64,000 nt of DNA from Bacteroidales bacterium (GCA_007135095.1 SLJO01000037.1:3438-67437); one strand, 5' to 3'. Positions 9,184-19,425 are shown, counted from the first letter of the stretch. Made by a program: numbers and translations. Notes: generated from the sequence alone by a model not told the origin.

Positions 9184-9726
9184 TTAGCAGCAGCAACTAT
9201 CGTTGCCTGAACTGCGATCGCCACCGCATGGATGGGTACCCTCCTTATGAACATGACCATGGCTCAGCTCGGCGTCGGAGGCGTCGCGTATCTCTGCTAC
9301 TTCTCCCTTAAAAAAAAGGGTGTCACCGGCGAGCGGATGGTTAAAATCCATCTTTACAGTTTCCTCACCAACCTCAAGAACCACTCCGTTGAGCCTGCCG
9401 CCGGAGTTATCCTGCATGGGGATACTGTTTCCAACTTTCAGAAGGTTTTCGTCAATTTTTCCGTCAACCTCGAATATATCCTTTGTCAGATCAACAACCG
9501 CTTCATCAGAGACTTCGCCATAAGCTTTTGCCGGCTCCAGTGTAAAACTGAAACTATCACCTTCCTTTAGTCCCTTTAAATTTGCTTCGAAATCAGGCAA
9601 CAGGTTACCCCGTCCGAAAAGAAATGTCAGAGGTGATGATTTTTCAACTTTCTCAATAACCTCGCCCTGCTCATCGTTTACTCTTAATTCATAAGTAAGT
9701 GATACAACTTTGTTTTCTTCAATCAT
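9184..9726 (-). CDS. slyD: FKBP-type peptidyl-prolyl isomerase, SlyD-like, with a His/Cys-rich tail
   Basis: 'VVSLTYELRV...PLTFLFGRGNLLPDFEANLKGLKEGDSFSFTL' is the SlyD FKBP/IF-domain pattern. The C-terminal 'HGHVHKEGTHPCGG...CCC' is a metal-binding tail. Confidence 0.85.
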   Translation of the reverse strand: MIEENKVVSLTYELRVNDEQGEVIEKVEKSSPLTFLFGRGNLLPDFEANLKGLKEGDSFSFTLEPAKAYGEVSDEAVVDLTKDIFEVDGKIDENLLKVGNSIPMQDNSGGRLNGVVLEVGEETVKMDFNHPLAGDTLFFKGEVAEIRDASDAELSHGHVHKEGTHPCGGDRSSGNDSCCC

Positions 9727-10389
9727 AATTATTAAATAAGTATTAATTAAAAATAAATTTCCGAATTTAGGGTCATCTGCCGGGCATTTAGTCCGGCAAA
9801 ATATAAATCCAAACGGGCATGTATTCAGTGAAATTGCTTTATACCCGTGAAATATTTACTCAATGCAAAGTAAAGGTTTATATAAGGAATAACCAAGATA
9901 TGACGATATAAATAAGAAAAAACGACTTCGGTGAAGTGCTTTTTATTGGATTTTTGTCAGTAAAAAGATGAGTTTTTCACATCTAATGAATATCACAGAA
10001 GAACAATTTATAATCGACTTAATATAAAGCAGCATCTGGAAAATATAAAAAAAATCAAATTTGCATTGCCTGTGAGGAACGAAGGCCAATGACCGGATAA
10101 TCGGGGCATCTGCATGCAAAAATCCAAATCGTGACTTTAGCAAACACCTGAAAAATAATTTAATAACTGTAATCTATCCGGATGCCGGGCGATATATAAA
10201 TCTTTTCTAAAACATTTTTGAATAGCCGTTGTTTATACATAAAAGGGCGCTCCCCCAGCTAATAATTTACTGACATTAAAACATTTAATTATTTGTATTT
10301 ATAATAAAATTATTGATAAGCTAGAAAAAAATACAGATATTTGCAATATGTAACACTATTCTTAATTTTTTAATTTAATTCTTTTTATC

Positions 10390-10590
10390 ATGAAAGGCAA
10401 AGTAAAGTGGTTTGATTCTGCAAAAGGCTATGGATTCATTCAAACCGAAGAAGGCAATGATGTATTTGTACACTACACTGGTATTGAACGCGAAGGCTTC
10501 AGAGTTCTCGAGGAAGGACAGGAAGTGGAATTCGAAATATCTGATGGGAAAAGAGGCCCACAGGCTACGAATGTTAAGACTGCTGAGTAG
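10390..10590 (+). CDS. Cold-shock protein (CspA family)
   Basis: '[31 protein letters not shown]' contains the RNP1/RNP2 motifs. It is preceded by a ~660-bp AT-rich non-coding region. Confidence 0.95.
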   Translation: MKGKVKWFDSAKGYGFIQTEEGNDVFVHYTGIEREGFRVLEEGQEVEFEISDGKRGPQATNVKTAE

Positions 10591-10620
10591 TACATTAACA
10601 AATATAGTTATGTCAGCAAT

Positions 10621-10656
10621 AAAGAGCTCCCCGGAAAAAGGAGCTCTTTTTGTTTT
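10621..10656. terminator. Rho-independent terminator after csp, shared with the convergent gene
   Basis: 10-bp stem aaagagctcc / ggagctcttt followed by a T-rich tail. Confidence 0.75.
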
Positions 10657-11234
10657 CAGAACATAACACCAAAGCGCAGCACCGGCCTGGTATAAACTGA
10701 ACGTGAATGGCCTGAGACATCCATCATCAGAAGCAAATGTAAATAACTGTTCCCCCCGGCATGCGTTCTTAATCCGGCACCTGTCAGCCAGGTTGGCCTG
10801 AAAAACCGGTCTCCGGAATCACTCCCGGGATCAAAATGACCAGGCAAACTGAAATAGTTCATCTCGCCATGAAGAAAAAATGCGCCTTCCATGAACCTGA
10901 AAGGCAGAAATTCATTCAGGTCCCTGACCAGGATGAAATCAGAAAAAACAAATGGGCCGAATATGTGTGTCCTGACCATCTGATTTATTTGCCTGTCGTG
11001 AAAGTACTGGTATTTGGCGCCGATACCTGCATGCAACCGGGGAGTAATCCTGTAGCCTGAAAGCAGTGATCCTTCAAACTGATTTATCAGTCCAAGCTCA
11101 ACGCCGGCATAAGTACCATAGAAATGCCGTCGTGAAAAATCTTCCTGGGAAAATGCAAGTGAATTATTATGGGAACTGCCTGCAACAAGGAATAATACAA
11201 TTACCAGGTATCTTTTTAAGAAATAAGCGGTCAT
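10656..11234 (-). CDS. Putative small outer-membrane beta-barrel protein
   Basis: Signal peptide, alternating aromatic/Gly beta-strand pattern and a C-terminal 'RFGVMF'. Confidence 0.45.
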   Translation of the reverse strand: MTAYFLKRYLVIVLFLVAGSSHNNSLAFSQEDFSRRHFYGTYAGVELGLINQFEGSLLSGYRITPRLHAGIGAKYQYFHDRQINQMVRTHIFGPFVFSDFILVRDLNEFLPFRFMEGAFFLHGEMNYFSLPGHFDPGSDSGDRFFRPTWLTGAGLRTHAGGNSYLHLLLMMDVSGHSRSVYTRPVLRFGVMF

Positions 11235-11322
11235 TTATGTCTACATTTAAAATGAAAGAGATGTTACCTTTATAATAAAGAGATTACATTGTGCATAAAA
11301 TAACAAATATTACACCAAAACT

Positions 11323-12045
11323 ATGAATAATAACTTAAACATTGTAATTATAGGATCAAGCAGGGGCATTGGACGTGAGGTGGCAAAGCACCTTTGCAGC
11401 CAGGGTCATAATCTTTTCTGCATTTCAAGAAATGCAGAGGCACTTGAACTGCTGAAAAAGGAATGCTTTGAAATCCGTCCCGCAACAGCGGTTACTACCC
11501 TTGCCCTGGATGTTTCGGAACTAACAGCCGGCACATACCGCCTGAGAAGCAGAATAACGAATGTGTTTGAACGAATTGATGTTTTATTATATAACGCCGG
11601 CCTGCTGGTCAAAAAAGATTTTGCTGAATTCAAAATGGCTGAAGCTATGAATATCTTCGGCGTCAACTTCTTTTCAGCAGCCGCGGTTATAAAGGAATTG
11701 CTTCCACTTATGGGCGGTGAGAGAATATCACATATAGTTAACGTGGGCAGCATGGGAGGTTTCCAGGGGAGCACAAAATTTCCGGGACTTTCCTTTTACA
11801 CTGCAAGCAAAGCTGCACTGGGATCTTTAAGCGAATGCCTTGCTGTGGAGTTAAATGATCATAATGTCAGGGTAAATTGCCTGGCGCTGGGATCAGCACA
11901 GACTGAAATGCTGGAGGAGGCTTTCCCCGGTTACAGTGCTCCTCTTTCAGCCGCTGAAATGGCAGAATTCGTGAGTCATTTTATGGTTACCGGTCACAAA
12001 TATTTTAACGGCAAGGTGCTGCCCGTTTCAGTCTCAACACCCTGA
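11323..12045 (+). CDS. Short-chain dehydrogenase/reductase (SDR)
   Basis: 'IVIIGSSRGIGREVA' is the TGxxxGxG-type motif. 'NAG' and 'YTASKAAL' (YxxxK) are present. Confidence 0.85.
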   Translation: MNNNLNIVIIGSSRGIGREVAKHLCSQGHNLFCISRNAEALELLKKECFEIRPATAVTTLALDVSELTAGTYRLRSRITNVFERIDVLLYNAGLLVKKDFAEFKMAEAMNIFGVNFFSAAAVIKELLPLMGGERISHIVNVGSMGGFQGSTKFPGLSFYTASKAALGSLSECLAVELNDHNVRVNCLALGSAQTEMLEEAFPGYSAPLSAAEMAEFVSHFMVTGHKYFNGKVLPVSVSTP

Positions 12046-13122
12046 TCAATTGTAGATTTTAGATTCTGCTTTCCCTGTAAGCACCATGAATACATTCATG
12101 GCAAGGGCCTTCATCTCATCTTCTCCCGGGTAGACTACAACCGGAGCGATAAAGGAAACCATATCCTTCAAATATGAGACAAGCATCGGGTTGTGTGCTA
12201 TCCCTCCTGTAAGTATCACGGCATCCACCCTCCCTTTTAAAACAGATGCCATTGATCCTATTTCTTTGCCAATCTGATACGACATCGCATTTTGAATCAA
12301 AATGGCTTTTGGATCACCGTCCCTTGCACGTAATTCGATTTCATAAGCATCATTGGTGTTGAAATAGGCCATTAAGCCACCCCGGCCTGTAATCATTTTT
12401 TTTACATCATTAAGGCTGTACCTGCCATCATAGCAAATTTTCGCCAGGCATCCTGCCGGTAACGTTCCGCTGCGTTCAGGTGAAAAGGGGCCTTCACCAT
12501 CCAGGGCATTGTTGACATCAATAACCTTGCCCCTGGAGTGTGCTCCTACCGAGATGCCTCCTCCCAGGTGGGCTATGATCAGGTTGAGCTCACTGTAATT
12601 ACTGTTTGTGGATTCAGCATGAATCCTTCCAATGGCTTTATGGTTCAGTGCATGAAATATTGACCTGCGCTGAAACAGTGGATGGCCTGATATTCTCGCA
12701 ACATCCTGCAGCTCATCAACCACAACAGGATCGGCAATAAAAGCCCGGGCTCCTGGTATCGATAATGCAATATCGTGCGCCATTAGTCCGCCGAGATTAC
12801 TGGCATGCTCACCCATGACTCCTTTACGCAGATCCTTAAGCATTGCCTCGTTAACTTCATATACACCTGATTCAATAGGTTTTACGAGTCCTCCGCGACC
12901 TATTATTGCACTGAAGCTTTTAATACTGATCCCTGCATCTTTCAGCTCATCAAGGATGAATTTTTTCCTGAATTCATACTGATCGGTAATCGCGGAGAAT
13001 TTCTGCAGGTCAGTGGCAGAATGTTTTATATTTTTAAGAAAAGCAGATTTTGTGTTATTGTAAATAGCTATCTTTGTTGATGTTGATCCAGGATTGATTG
13101 CAAGTATTCTGATATCTTTCAT
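12046..13122 (-). CDS. buk: Butyrate kinase
   Basis: 'ILAINPGSTSTKIAIY', 'IIAHLGGGISVGAH' and 'ILTGGIAHN' match the ASKHA butyrate kinase pattern. It is adjacent to ptb. Confidence 0.9.
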   Translation of the reverse strand: MKDIRILAINPGSTSTKIAIYNNTKSAFLKNIKHSATDLQKFSAITDQYEFRKKFILDELKDAGISIKSFSAIIGRGGLVKPIESGVYEVNEAMLKDLRKGVMGEHASNLGGLMAHDIALSIPGARAFIADPVVVDELQDVARISGHPLFQRRSIFHALNHKAIGRIHAESTNSNYSELNLIIAHLGGGISVGAHSRGKVIDVNNALDGEGPFSPERSGTLPAGCLAKICYDGRYSLNDVKKMITGRGGLMAYFNTNDAYEIELRARDGDPKAILIQNAMSYQIGKEIGSMASVLKGRVDAVILTGGIAHNPMLVSYLKDMVSFIAPVVVYPGEDEMKALAMNVFMVLTGKAESKIYN

Positions 13123-13160
13123 AAGTGTAGATAATTATCCTGACAGCAACCTTTCTTTAA

Positions 13161-14066
13161 CTATTTTGCCAGCATTGCAGCAAGTGCAATTGAGTTCAAT
13201 TTGGTCTGTGCACTGTCACCCCTTGATGATAAAACTGCAGGCACCCTTGCACCAAAAATTATTGCAGCCTGTTCACTGCCTCCATACTGTACATTCGTTT
13301 TATAAAAAATATTGCCTGACTCAATGTTTGGAAAGAGCATGCAGTCGGCATCACCAGCCACCTTGCAGTCAATTCCCTTGATCCTGGCCGAGTCCTTGTT
13401 AATTGAAAGATCCAGTGACAGAGGCCCGTCAATGACGGCACCTTTTATCTGGTTTCTCTCGGCCATCTTGCTTATTATTGCAGCATCCGTACAGGCAGGC
13501 ATTCCTGGCAGCACCTGTTCAGTGGCTGCAAGCACTGCCACCCTGGGCACATCTATGCCAAGTGCAACAGCGGTTTGGATCAGGTACTTTGCAATGGCCA
13601 CTTTCTGATTAAGATCAGGCTGGGGAATTATTGCCACATCACCTATTACAAGCAACTTGTGGTATGCGGATATTTTCATTACCGTTACATGGCTCAGAAC
13701 CGCCCCAGGTTCCATCAGTCCTTTTTCCCTGTCAAGAATCGCCCTTAGATATTTATCGGAGCTGAGGTTTCCCTTCATCAGAAGATTTCCTTTCTGACTG
13801 TTTATAAGGTATACAGACCTTGCTGCCGCGGATGAATCAATATCTTCGTTAACAATATCGAACTTTCCCGGATCGATCGATCTGTTTCTGCATAAACCCA
13901 GGATAGTTTGCTGGTCACCAACCAGCGTGGCAGTTACAATTCCCATGTCAACAGCATCGGATACCGCTTGAATTGTATGCTCATCCATGGCCCATGCCGA
14001 AATCAGATGCTTTTTTTTCCGGCTTTTCACCAGTTGGAGTATATGTTCAATTAAGGTTGTATGCAT
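13161..14066 (-). CDS. ptb: Phosphate butyryltransferase
   Basis: ~300-aa PTA_PTB family protein immediately upstream of buk. Confidence 0.8.
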   Translation of the reverse strand: MHTTLIEHILQLVKSRKKKHLISAWAMDEHTIQAVSDAVDMGIVTATLVGDQQTILGLCRNRSIDPGKFDIVNEDIDSSAAARSVYLINSQKGNLLMKGNLSSDKYLRAILDREKGLMEPGAVLSHVTVMKISAYHKLLVIGDVAIIPQPDLNQKVAIAKYLIQTAVALGIDVPRVAVLAATEQVLPGMPACTDAAIISKMAERNQIKGAVIDGPLSLDLSINKDSARIKGIDCKVAGDADCMLFPNIESGNIFYKTNVQYGGSEQAAIIFGARVPAVLSSRGDSAQTKLNSIALAAMLAK

Positions 14067-14092
14067 CTTTTTGAATATTGGTTAAAGGTCTT

Positions 14093-14132
14093 AAAAAAAG
14101 AATGCCAAAACAAACAATTGGCTTTGGCATTC
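14093..14132 (-). terminator. Rho-independent terminator after ackA
   Basis: On the minus strand there is a 10-bp perfect stem gaatgccaaa / tttggcattc with a 13-nt loop, followed by a T7 run. Confidence 0.75.
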
Positions 14133-14163
14133 CGGCAGTTAGATGCAATGTGTCTGGTATTTT

Positions 14164-14177
14164 ATCACATGTGTGAT
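14164..14177. promoter_or_regulatory. Inverted repeat ATCACA-tg-TGTGAT about 100 nt upstream of ptb
   Basis: Perfect 6-bp arms read from the sequence; function is inferred only. Confidence 0.3.
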
Positions 14178-14224
14178 CATTGTTTGACTTATGAAGCCTG
14201 TTGAGCGGTTAATATTTGGTACGA

Positions 14225-15430
14225 TTAATTCATTTCCTGAATTATTCTCTGGGTATCCTCGGCGATTACCAGTTCCTCGTCAGTTGTCACAGCCATAATA
14301 ATGCCTTTTGATTCCCTTGTGCTTATTACTTTGGTGGTTTCCCGCAGGCCGGTATTTATTGATTCATCCAGTTCCAGACCCAGAAATTCCAGTCCGCTTG
14401 AAATCCCGGTACGGGTAATGTCGGCGTTCTCCCCTATCCCACCGGTGAAAATGAGGATATCAACTCCCCCAAGAGCAGCAGCATATGCTCCAATGTACTT
14501 TTTAACCCGGTAATCATACATTTTCAACCCAAGGATAGCACGCTCATTGCCTTTTTCGGCCTCAAGCTCTATTTCCCTCATATCTGATGATATGCCCGTA
14601 ACCCCAAGCATTCCGCTTTGCTTGTTTATGATTGTATTGACCGAGCCAAGTCCTATGTCTTCCTTATTGAGGATATATGTCAGTACGCCAAGGTCCAGGT
14701 CCCCGGTCCTTGTACCCATAATCAATCCTTCAACCGGGGTAAAACCCATGGAGGTGTCTACTGATTTTCCGTTTTTGATGGCCGTTACAGAGGCCCCGTT
14801 GCCTAAATGGCAGGAAATTATTTTTTGCTGGTTGATATCAACTCCGAGAAATTCGCAGGCTTTCTTGGCAACAAACCGGTGGCTGGTGCCATGGTAACCA
14901 TAGCGCCTTATGCCGTATTTCGTATAAAGGGAGTAGGGAATCCCGTACATATATGCATAATCCGGCATTGTCTGATGAAACGAGGTATCAAAGACCGCTG
15001 CCTGCCTGATTCCGGGAATAAGTGTGCTCATGGCTACTATCCCCTTGAGATTTGCTGGATTATGCAGGGGTGCAAGGTCACAGTATTTTTCAATTTCATT
15101 GAACACATCTTCATCTATAAACACACTGTCGGTAAATTTTTCACCCCCCTGAACAACCCTGTGACCCACTGCATCAATCTCATCAAGGTTTTTCAGGCAG
15201 CCATGCTTTTTACTGGTTAGAACACCAAGTATATACTCGATGCCGATCTGATGATCCAGTATCTCACCCTCAAACCTGATTTTTACTCCTGAAAGCTTTT
15301 CATGTTTCATAAAGGACCCTTTGAGTCCGATCTTTTCTACAATTCCTTTTGCAAGCACAATTTTGCTTTCCATGTTGAAAAGCTGGTATTTTATTGACGA
15401 GCTACCACAGTTTAAAACCATTATCTTCAT
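14225..15430 (-). CDS. ackA: Acetate kinase
   Basis: 'MKIMVLNCGSSSIKYQLF', 'HRVVQGG' and 'GYHGTSH' are canonical acetate kinase motifs. Confidence 0.95.
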   Translation of the reverse strand: MKIMVLNCGSSSIKYQLFNMESKIVLAKGIVEKIGLKGSFMKHEKLSGVKIRFEGEILDHQIGIEYILGVLTSKKHGCLKNLDEIDAVGHRVVQGGEKFTDSVFIDEDVFNEIEKYCDLAPLHNPANLKGIVAMSTLIPGIRQAAVFDTSFHQTMPDYAYMYGIPYSLYTKYGIRRYGYHGTSHRFVAKKACEFLGVDINQQKIISCHLGNGASVTAIKNGKSVDTSMGFTPVEGLIMGTRTGDLDLGVLTYILNKEDIGLGSVNTIINKQSGMLGVTGISSDMREIELEAEKGNERAILGLKMYDYRVKKYIGAYAAALGGVDILIFTGGIGENADITRTGISSGLEFLGLELDESINTGLRETTKVISTRESKGIIMAVTTDEELVIAEDTQRIIQEMN

Positions 15431-15473
15431 TAGGCGTACTTTAAATTAAATTTTACAATAAAGTTCTTTCTGG

Positions 15474-16454
15474 TCAGCCAGACGATGCTACTTTGAACAA
15501 GGGCGCCTTAATGCGTTTGCCGTCTGCATCATATTCATAAAACCCCTTACCGGTCTTCCTTCCAAGATGATTGGCTCTTACCAGTCTCTTGATCAGGGGG
15601 TTTGCCTTGTACCTTATATCTCCGAATTCATTATAAATATTTTCCATATGACGAAGCACCCTGTCAAGGCCGATCCTGTCGGCCATCTCAAAGGGGCCCT
15701 GCCTGGTTGTTAGGCTGCTGCTGAAACTCAGGTCAATATCTTCTTTTTTGGCAATATTCTCAACAAGGATCTGGCAGGCTTCATTTATTAATACAACCAG
15801 CAATCTGACACTGATCAGTCCGGGTGATTCCTCAACTGGTATAACTACCTTGCTTAGCAGTTTGCCGAAGGTAAGCACCTTACTATAGGCTTCATCAGAG
15901 GTATGCAGACCCCTGGCAACTTCAAGGATACCTGAATCGGGCGAAGTGGTTGAAAAATGAAGGCTTACGCAGCGTTCTTTATTCTCGAGCTCTGATGCAA
16001 GCTCGGTTATGACAAGGGTTGTGGAATTGGTGGCAATTATTGCCTCGGGACTTACATGCTGTTCAATACGCCTGAACACGTCTTTTCTCACGTCGACACT
16101 GTTTTCCCTGGTTTTTGAGAGTATAGCCTCAATAACAAGATCGCAATCCGAAAGATCCGCATAATTCAGGGTACCCCTGATCCTCGACATAATGCTTCTC
16201 TTTTCTGAGGGAGTCATTCCCCAGCGCTGTATCATCCGGTCAAGCTGGCATCCTATTGAGTCAATTGCTTGTTTAATAAGGTCTTCGGATAATTCTATGA
16301 AAACAACCTCAATACCCCGGCAACTGATAATACGTGCAATAGCCTGCCCGGTAGTTCCGCAGCCAACGATACCAAGTTTTGAAAAAAGTGTTTTGGGCCT
16401 GTCTTTTTTGCTCAGGCTGTATTTTTCGATCGGTTCAATTTTTGTTTTCGCCAT
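15474..16454 (-). CDS. 3-hydroxyacyl-CoA (3-hydroxybutyryl-CoA-like) dehydrogenase
   Basis: Rossmann motif 'LGIVGCGTTGQAIA', and C-terminal 3HCDH motifs 'GLISVRL' and 'GRKTGKGFYEY'. Confidence 0.8.
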   Translation of the reverse strand: MAKTKIEPIEKYSLSKKDRPKTLFSKLGIVGCGTTGQAIARIISCRGIEVVFIELSEDLIKQAIDSIGCQLDRMIQRWGMTPSEKRSIMSRIRGTLNYADLSDCDLVIEAILSKTRENSVDVRKDVFRRIEQHVSPEAIIATNSTTLVITELASELENKERCVSLHFSTTSPDSGILEVARGLHTSDEAYSKVLTFGKLLSKVVIPVEESPGLISVRLLVVLINEACQILVENIAKKEDIDLSFSSSLTTRQGPFEMADRIGLDRVLRHMENIYNEFGDIRYKANPLIKRLVRANHLGRKTGKGFYEYDADGKRIKAPLFKVASSG

Positions 16455-16482
16455 TTTTTGGATTTTTGTTAAATTTCTGCTG

Positions 16483-17484
16483 TTATTCCCTGGAAGCCTG
16501 GCTTGCAGTAATAGCCACCAGGTTTACTATGTCGCTCACTGAACATCCCCTGGAAAGATCATTTATTGGTGCTGCCATGCCCTGTAGAACAGGACCGATT
16601 GCCTCTGCATGTGCCAGGCGCTGGACCAGCTTATATGCTATATTCCCGCATTCGAGATTGGGAAAAATAAGGACATTTGCCTTGCCTGCAATACTGCTGC
16701 CCGGAGCTTTACTTTGTCCTATTGTGTCAATTATGGCGGCATCTGCCTGCAGTTCTCCGTCAATCTGCAGGTCCGGAGCCATTTCCCTGGCAATGCGGGT
16801 TGCATTGATTATCTTGTCGACCATGGGATGTTTTGCACTGCCCATGGTGCTGAAACTCAGCATTGCTATGCGTGGTTCAAAACCGGCGATAGCCCGCGTG
16901 GTCGATGCGGTGGCTACTGCAATTTCTGCAAGTTCCGATTCTGTCGGGTCAGGATGAACTGCACAATCGGCGAAGACAAGAATACCATCCTCGCCATATT
17001 CCCTGTCCTTTAGGATCATAATAAAAGCGCCTGAAACCACGCTTATTCCAGGTTTTGTCCTTACATACTGGAATGCAGGACGAAGCACATCACCGGTTGA
17101 ATTCATTGCCCCTGCAACTTCGCCATCGGCATCACCGGCTTTTATCATCAGGGTAGCCAGGTAAAGGGGATCTTCGATCAGCCTCTCTGCATCAGTCCGG
17201 GTCAGCCCCTTGTGTTTGCGGAGCTCAACCATGAGATCAATATATTTTTCCTTGTCCGGATGGCTGCGCGGATCTATTATTGTGGCCTTCTCAATACGTG
17301 AAAGGTTATGGTCTCTTGCGGCAGACAATAATTCTTCAGGGTTGCCCAGCAGTATAATTTGAGCAATATCTTCCTTTATCAGTATTTCTGCAGCCCGGAG
17401 AGTCCTGTGCTCTGCTCCTTCGGGCAAAACGATACGCTTTTTTCCCTGCTTTGCTCTTTCTTTTATGCGCTCTAGTAAAGTCAT
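16483..17484 (-). CDS. pta: Phosphate acetyltransferase
   Basis: 'KRIVLPEGAEHRTLRAA' and 'ANVLIFPNLECGNIAYKLVQRL' match the Pta pattern. Confidence 0.9.
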   Translation of the reverse strand: MTLLERIKERAKQGKKRIVLPEGAEHRTLRAAEILIKEDIAQIILLGNPEELLSAARDHNLSRIEKATIIDPRSHPDKEKYIDLMVELRKHKGLTRTDAERLIEDPLYLATLMIKAGDADGEVAGAMNSTGDVLRPAFQYVRTKPGISVVSGAFIMILKDREYGEDGILVFADCAVHPDPTESELAEIAVATASTTRAIAGFEPRIAMLSFSTMGSAKHPMVDKIINATRIAREMAPDLQIDGELQADAAIIDTIGQSKAPGSSIAGKANVLIFPNLECGNIAYKLVQRLAHAEAIGPVLQGMAAPINDLSRGCSVSDIVNLVAITASQASRE

Positions 17485-17646
17485 TGTACTACAGTAGTTT
17501 ATTCAAGGTTGTTATTCGGTTTTATAAAGTAATGTAAATTTGACTTTTTTTGTTGAAAGTTTTAATGATATTCGTCACCCTTTTAATGCAATATTCAGGC
17601 TGTATAACATACTTTTCGAGGGCGCAAAGGGTATTTTAAGGCAAGA

Positions 17647-18408
17647 TCAAATGTTTACCATTAACCCGTCGTAGGCGATCACAATATTCGGCGGCAGTTG
17701 CTTCTGAACCTCCCTGTGGAGACCCATCTGGTGACTCACATGTGTAATGTAGCCACGCCTGGGGCTAAAATCATTTATCAGCTTTACCGCTTCCGGCAGT
17801 GAAAAATGCGAAATATGCTTTTCTTTTCTAAGGGCATTGACAACAATAAACCTACTTCCTATTATTTTTTCCTTTTCTTCCTCCGGTATATAATTTGCAT
17901 CGGTAATATATGTGAAGTCGCCAATCCTGAAACCCATAACCGGAAGCCTGTAGTGGAATACCCTTATGGGAGTAATATTTATTCCGCTGGCATTAAAAGT
18001 GAAATTATCAATTATATTCAGATTGATCCGGGGGATTCCGGGGTACTTGTTTTCAGCAAATATGTAACTGAATTCACGTTTTATTGAAGGTATAATACGC
18101 TCTTCGAGATACACATCGACGGCACGCTGATTAACAAAATTAAACGCCCGGACATCATCAAGCCCGGCAATGTGATCTTTATGGTCGTGTGTATATAATA
18201 TGGCATCCAGGTTTTTCACCTCGGCCCTGAGCATCTGCTGCCGGAAATCAGGTCCGGTATCTATTATAAGAACCTTCCCTTGAGTTTCCACAAGCACCGA
18301 AGTCCGCAATCGCTTGTCCTTTTTGTCGTGTGAACTGCATACCGGACAAGGGCATGCTATTACCGGAATACCCTGGGAAGTGCCTGTGCCTAAAAATGTA
18401 ACTTTCAA
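17647..18408 (-). CDS. MBL-fold metallo-hydrolase (PhnP-like)
   Basis: 'FLGTGTSQGIPVIACPCPVC' Cys cluster and the 'THDHKDH' HxHxDH motif. Confidence 0.8.
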   Translation of the reverse strand: MKVTFLGTGTSQGIPVIACPCPVCSSHDKKDKRLRTSVLVETQGKVLIIDTGPDFRQQMLRAEVKNLDAILYTHDHKDHIAGLDDVRAFNFVNQRAVDVYLEERIIPSIKREFSYIFAENKYPGIPRINLNIIDNFTFNASGINITPIRVFHYRLPVMGFRIGDFTYITDANYIPEEEKEKIIGSRFIVVNALRKEKHISHFSLPEAVKLINDFSPRRGYITHVSHQMGLHREVQKQLPPNIVIAYDGLMVNI

Positions 18409-18708
18409 TTTATTAATAATTTGTGATTAAAATTAGCAAAAAAACGATTAAAGAGGCAATGGCAGCAGATTAATATATCGTTATAACAAGAGAAACGCCA
18501 GGCCTTACAAAAGACTGCCAGAAATACAAAGATGCATTTTTTTTAAGAAGATGTGATAATCTGACATGGCTGATTCCGGGCTGAATTTCATTTGTTTTGG
18601 ATTTTTAAAACCGGGTAAATGGACGGATTTTATTACTTTTACCAATTTGATTCACCGGCCCGCAATAAAATACAGCCTGTTGGTTAATATGGAAAATACA
18701 GATAGCTT

Positions 18709-19413
18709 ATGCATGGTAAACTATACCTTATTCCCTCGCTCCTTGGAAATTCTGCCCCGGGGGAAGTACTGCCGGAATCGGTATTCAGGACGATAAACCG
18801 GCTCAAATACTACATTGTTGAAGATATTCGCTCGGCAAGGAGGTTTTTAATTAAGGCCGGATCGTCTGTTAGAATTGATGACATTACGTTTTTCGAGCTG
18901 AACAAGTATACTGAAGAAAAAGAATTGAATGGATTCCTTTTGCCTGCCACCTCAGGACATGATACCGGACTGCTTTCTGAAGCCGGCATTCCCTGTGTTG
19001 CCGACCCCGGTTCAAAGATAACTGCAATTGCTCACGAAAAGGGCATCCGGGTAGTTCCCCTTACGGGTCCGTCATCAATAATGCTCGCACTTATGGCCTC
19101 CGGACTGAATGGTCAGTCTTTTGCCTTCCACGGCTATTTACCTGTTAAGAGGGATGAACGAATCAAGGCAGTGAAGAAAATCGAGCAGGAATCCGCATCC
19201 AGGAAACAATCGCAGATATTTATGGAAACTCCTTACAGGAATATGCAAATGCTGGATACTTTAACGGAAGTATGTAACCCTTCAACACAGTTGTGTATCG
19301 CGTGTGAGATAACCCTTGAATCTGAGTTTATTTCGACACGAAGTATTTCCGGTTGGAAAAAAAATATGCCGGACATACATAAGCGTCCGGCCATTTTTAT
19401 ATTGCAAAAGTGA
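18709..19413 (+). CDS. SAM-dependent methyltransferase, tetrapyrrole-methylase (TP_methylase) fold
   Basis: 'LYLIPSLLG', 'YIVEDIRSARRFL' and 'SEAGIPCVADPG' match the family pattern. Confidence 0.65.
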   Translation: MHGKLYLIPSLLGNSAPGEVLPESVFRTINRLKYYIVEDIRSARRFLIKAGSSVRIDDITFFELNKYTEEKELNGFLLPATSGHDTGLLSEAGIPCVADPGSKITAIAHEKGIRVVPLTGPSSIMLALMASGLNGQSFAFHGYLPVKRDERIKAVKKIEQESASRKQSQIFMETPYRNMQMLDTLTEVCNPSTQLCIACEITLESEFISTRSISGWKKNMPDIHKRPAIFILQK

Positions 19414-19425
19414 ATTTTCTTTGCT

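Noticed and set aside
9727-10389. 66-aa ORF (9943-10143) and possible structured RNA in the ~660-bp AT-rich region between slyD and csp
   Set aside because: The ORF uses a TTG start and is low-complexity. A long csp leader is expected. I saw only short, imperfect hairpins (for example tgccgg...ccggca at about 9779-9799) that I cannot support as a feature.
12043-12048. Abutting convergent stop codons (TGA|TCA) of the SDR gene and buk with no intergenic terminator
   Set aside because: It is real but probably just compact gene packing. It is mentioned under the fermentation-cluster finding rather than on its own.
16379-16957. 192-aa plus-strand ORF antisense to pta; similar cases at 45802-46302 (in rocD) and 47014-47514 (in acnA)
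   Set aside because: These are shadow frames of strongly supported genes, and no recognisable motifs are present.
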